NCBI GenBank assembly: GCA_001513045.1
Contig: LFSB01000010.1
Coordinates: 33,900 to 97,899 of the forward strand
Length of the DNA stretch: 64,000 bases
Source: Clostridiales bacterium DTU089
GTDB taxonomy: Bacteria > Bacillota > Clostridia > Oscillospirales > Acutalibacteraceae
Direction of reading: 5' to 3'
The stretch's first letter is position 1. Each line of letters begins with the position of its first letter. The notes under the pieces were generated by a model, which was given only the letters and a program-made list of their open reading frames with translations, made no database searches and was not told the origin of the DNA. Positions 63,418-64,000 of the stretch are shown here, piece after piece. Position numbers and translations under genes: made by a program.

Positions 63418-64000
63418 ATGCAGAATAAAATTGCCATAACAACAGACAGTGCGGCAGATATGCCGGAAAATATATTGGAGCGGTATGGGGTTTCCCTTAT
63501 ACCGCTTCATATCGTCCTTGACGGTAAAAGCCGGCGTGACGGGATTGAAATAACTCCCGCGGAGCTTTGCCGTGAATGCCGCGAAAGCGGTGATATTCCG
63601 AAGACCTCGGCGGTCACGATAGGCGAGTACATAGACGTTTTCAAAAGCTATACAGACGAGGGGACGGCGGTTGTTCACCTGAGCCTGTCTGCGGAAATCT
63701 CGTCAACCTATCAGAACGCCTGCATTGCCGCGGCTGAGGTGGGGAATGTATACGTTGTTGACAGCAAAAGCCTGTGCGCCGCAATAGGACTTCTCGTTAT
63801 TAAGGCGTGTGAAATGCGCGAGCAGGGTCTTTCTGCACCGGAGATTGCCGAAAAGCTTTCCGCGCTCCGGGAGCGCGTCGTAACAACATTTATAATTGAT
63901 AAGCTGGATTTTCTCTATAAAGGCGGCCGCTGTTCGGCGGTTTCTGCGTTCGGAGCAAATATTCTCGGCATAAAGCCGTCCATTGAGATGGAATCCGGAA
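63418..64000 (+). CDS. DegV-family fatty-acid-binding protein (3' end outside window)
   Basis: Hand translation MQNKIAITTDSAADMPENILERYGVSLIPLHIVLDGKS...SLSAEISSTYQNA is a typical DegV N-terminus. Open to the window end. Confidence 0.85.
   Translation, partial: MQNKIAITTDSAADMPENILERYGVSLIPLHIVLDGKSRRDGIEITPAELCRECRESGDIPKTSAVTIGEYIDVFKSYTDEGTAVVHLSLSAEISSTYQNACIAAAEVGNVYVVDSKSLCAAIGLLVIKACEMREQGLSAPEIAEKLSALRERVVTTFIIDKLDFLYKGGRCSAVSAFGANILGIKPSIEMESG

Overview
Chromosomal window from a spore-forming Firmicute, Clostridia-like (gpr, spoIIP, spoVAE, ypeB present). Hand-counted 60-nt lines in the core give about 55-60% GC. I call about 62 protein-coding genes, 2 tRNAs (Leu-UAA, Gly-CCC), and a set of sigma-A-type promoters and intrinsic terminators.

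Content from left to right:
- A glycan-utilisation block: GH fragment, GPH symporter, two Zn-ribbon/Big_2 membrane proteins, AraC regulator, GH92-like enzyme.
- A small accessory patch (GyrI-like, XRE-TM) next to tRNA-Leu.
- Housekeeping and sporulation genes: SDR, phosphoglucomutase, SigH-like sigma factor, SpoVAE, Gpr, SpoIIP.
- One long minus-strand 10-gene array: ornithine-cyclodeaminase-like, YfcC carrier, uxaB-uxaA-uxaC, gcvT-H-PA-PB, cysK.
- A ydbS/ydbT-like PH-domain pair, DUF1015 and rpsT.
- nagB-like and ypeB, then nifS-thiI-cinA.
- Two tandem class-B sortases, then galE and a GH13 enzyme.
- A D-amino-acid/5-oxoproline cluster: dat, DUF4392, pxpB, pxpC, DUF1445, pxpA, alr.
- An AT-rich island of about 4.4 kb (32-37% GC in sampled lines) abutting tRNA-Gly. 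It carries a Bsr-like cytidine deaminase, a GNAT, an XRE regulator and orphan genes.
- An uncharacterised GH-like protein, an EF-G paralogue with altered GTPase motifs, a beta-propeller lipoprotein and a DegV fragment.

The most unusual signals are non-coding:
1. A family of elements about 170-210 nt long. Each has four GTGATAT heptamers alternating with hairpins, then the inverse heptamers, then a bidirectional terminator. Copies sit tail-to-tail against tRNA genes and inside the island, and hairpins show compensatory changes between copies.
2. A multi-hairpin leader of about 140 nt, present as an inverted pair in front of nagB-like and ypeB.

All product names come from motif recognition by eye. 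No database search or folding program was available.
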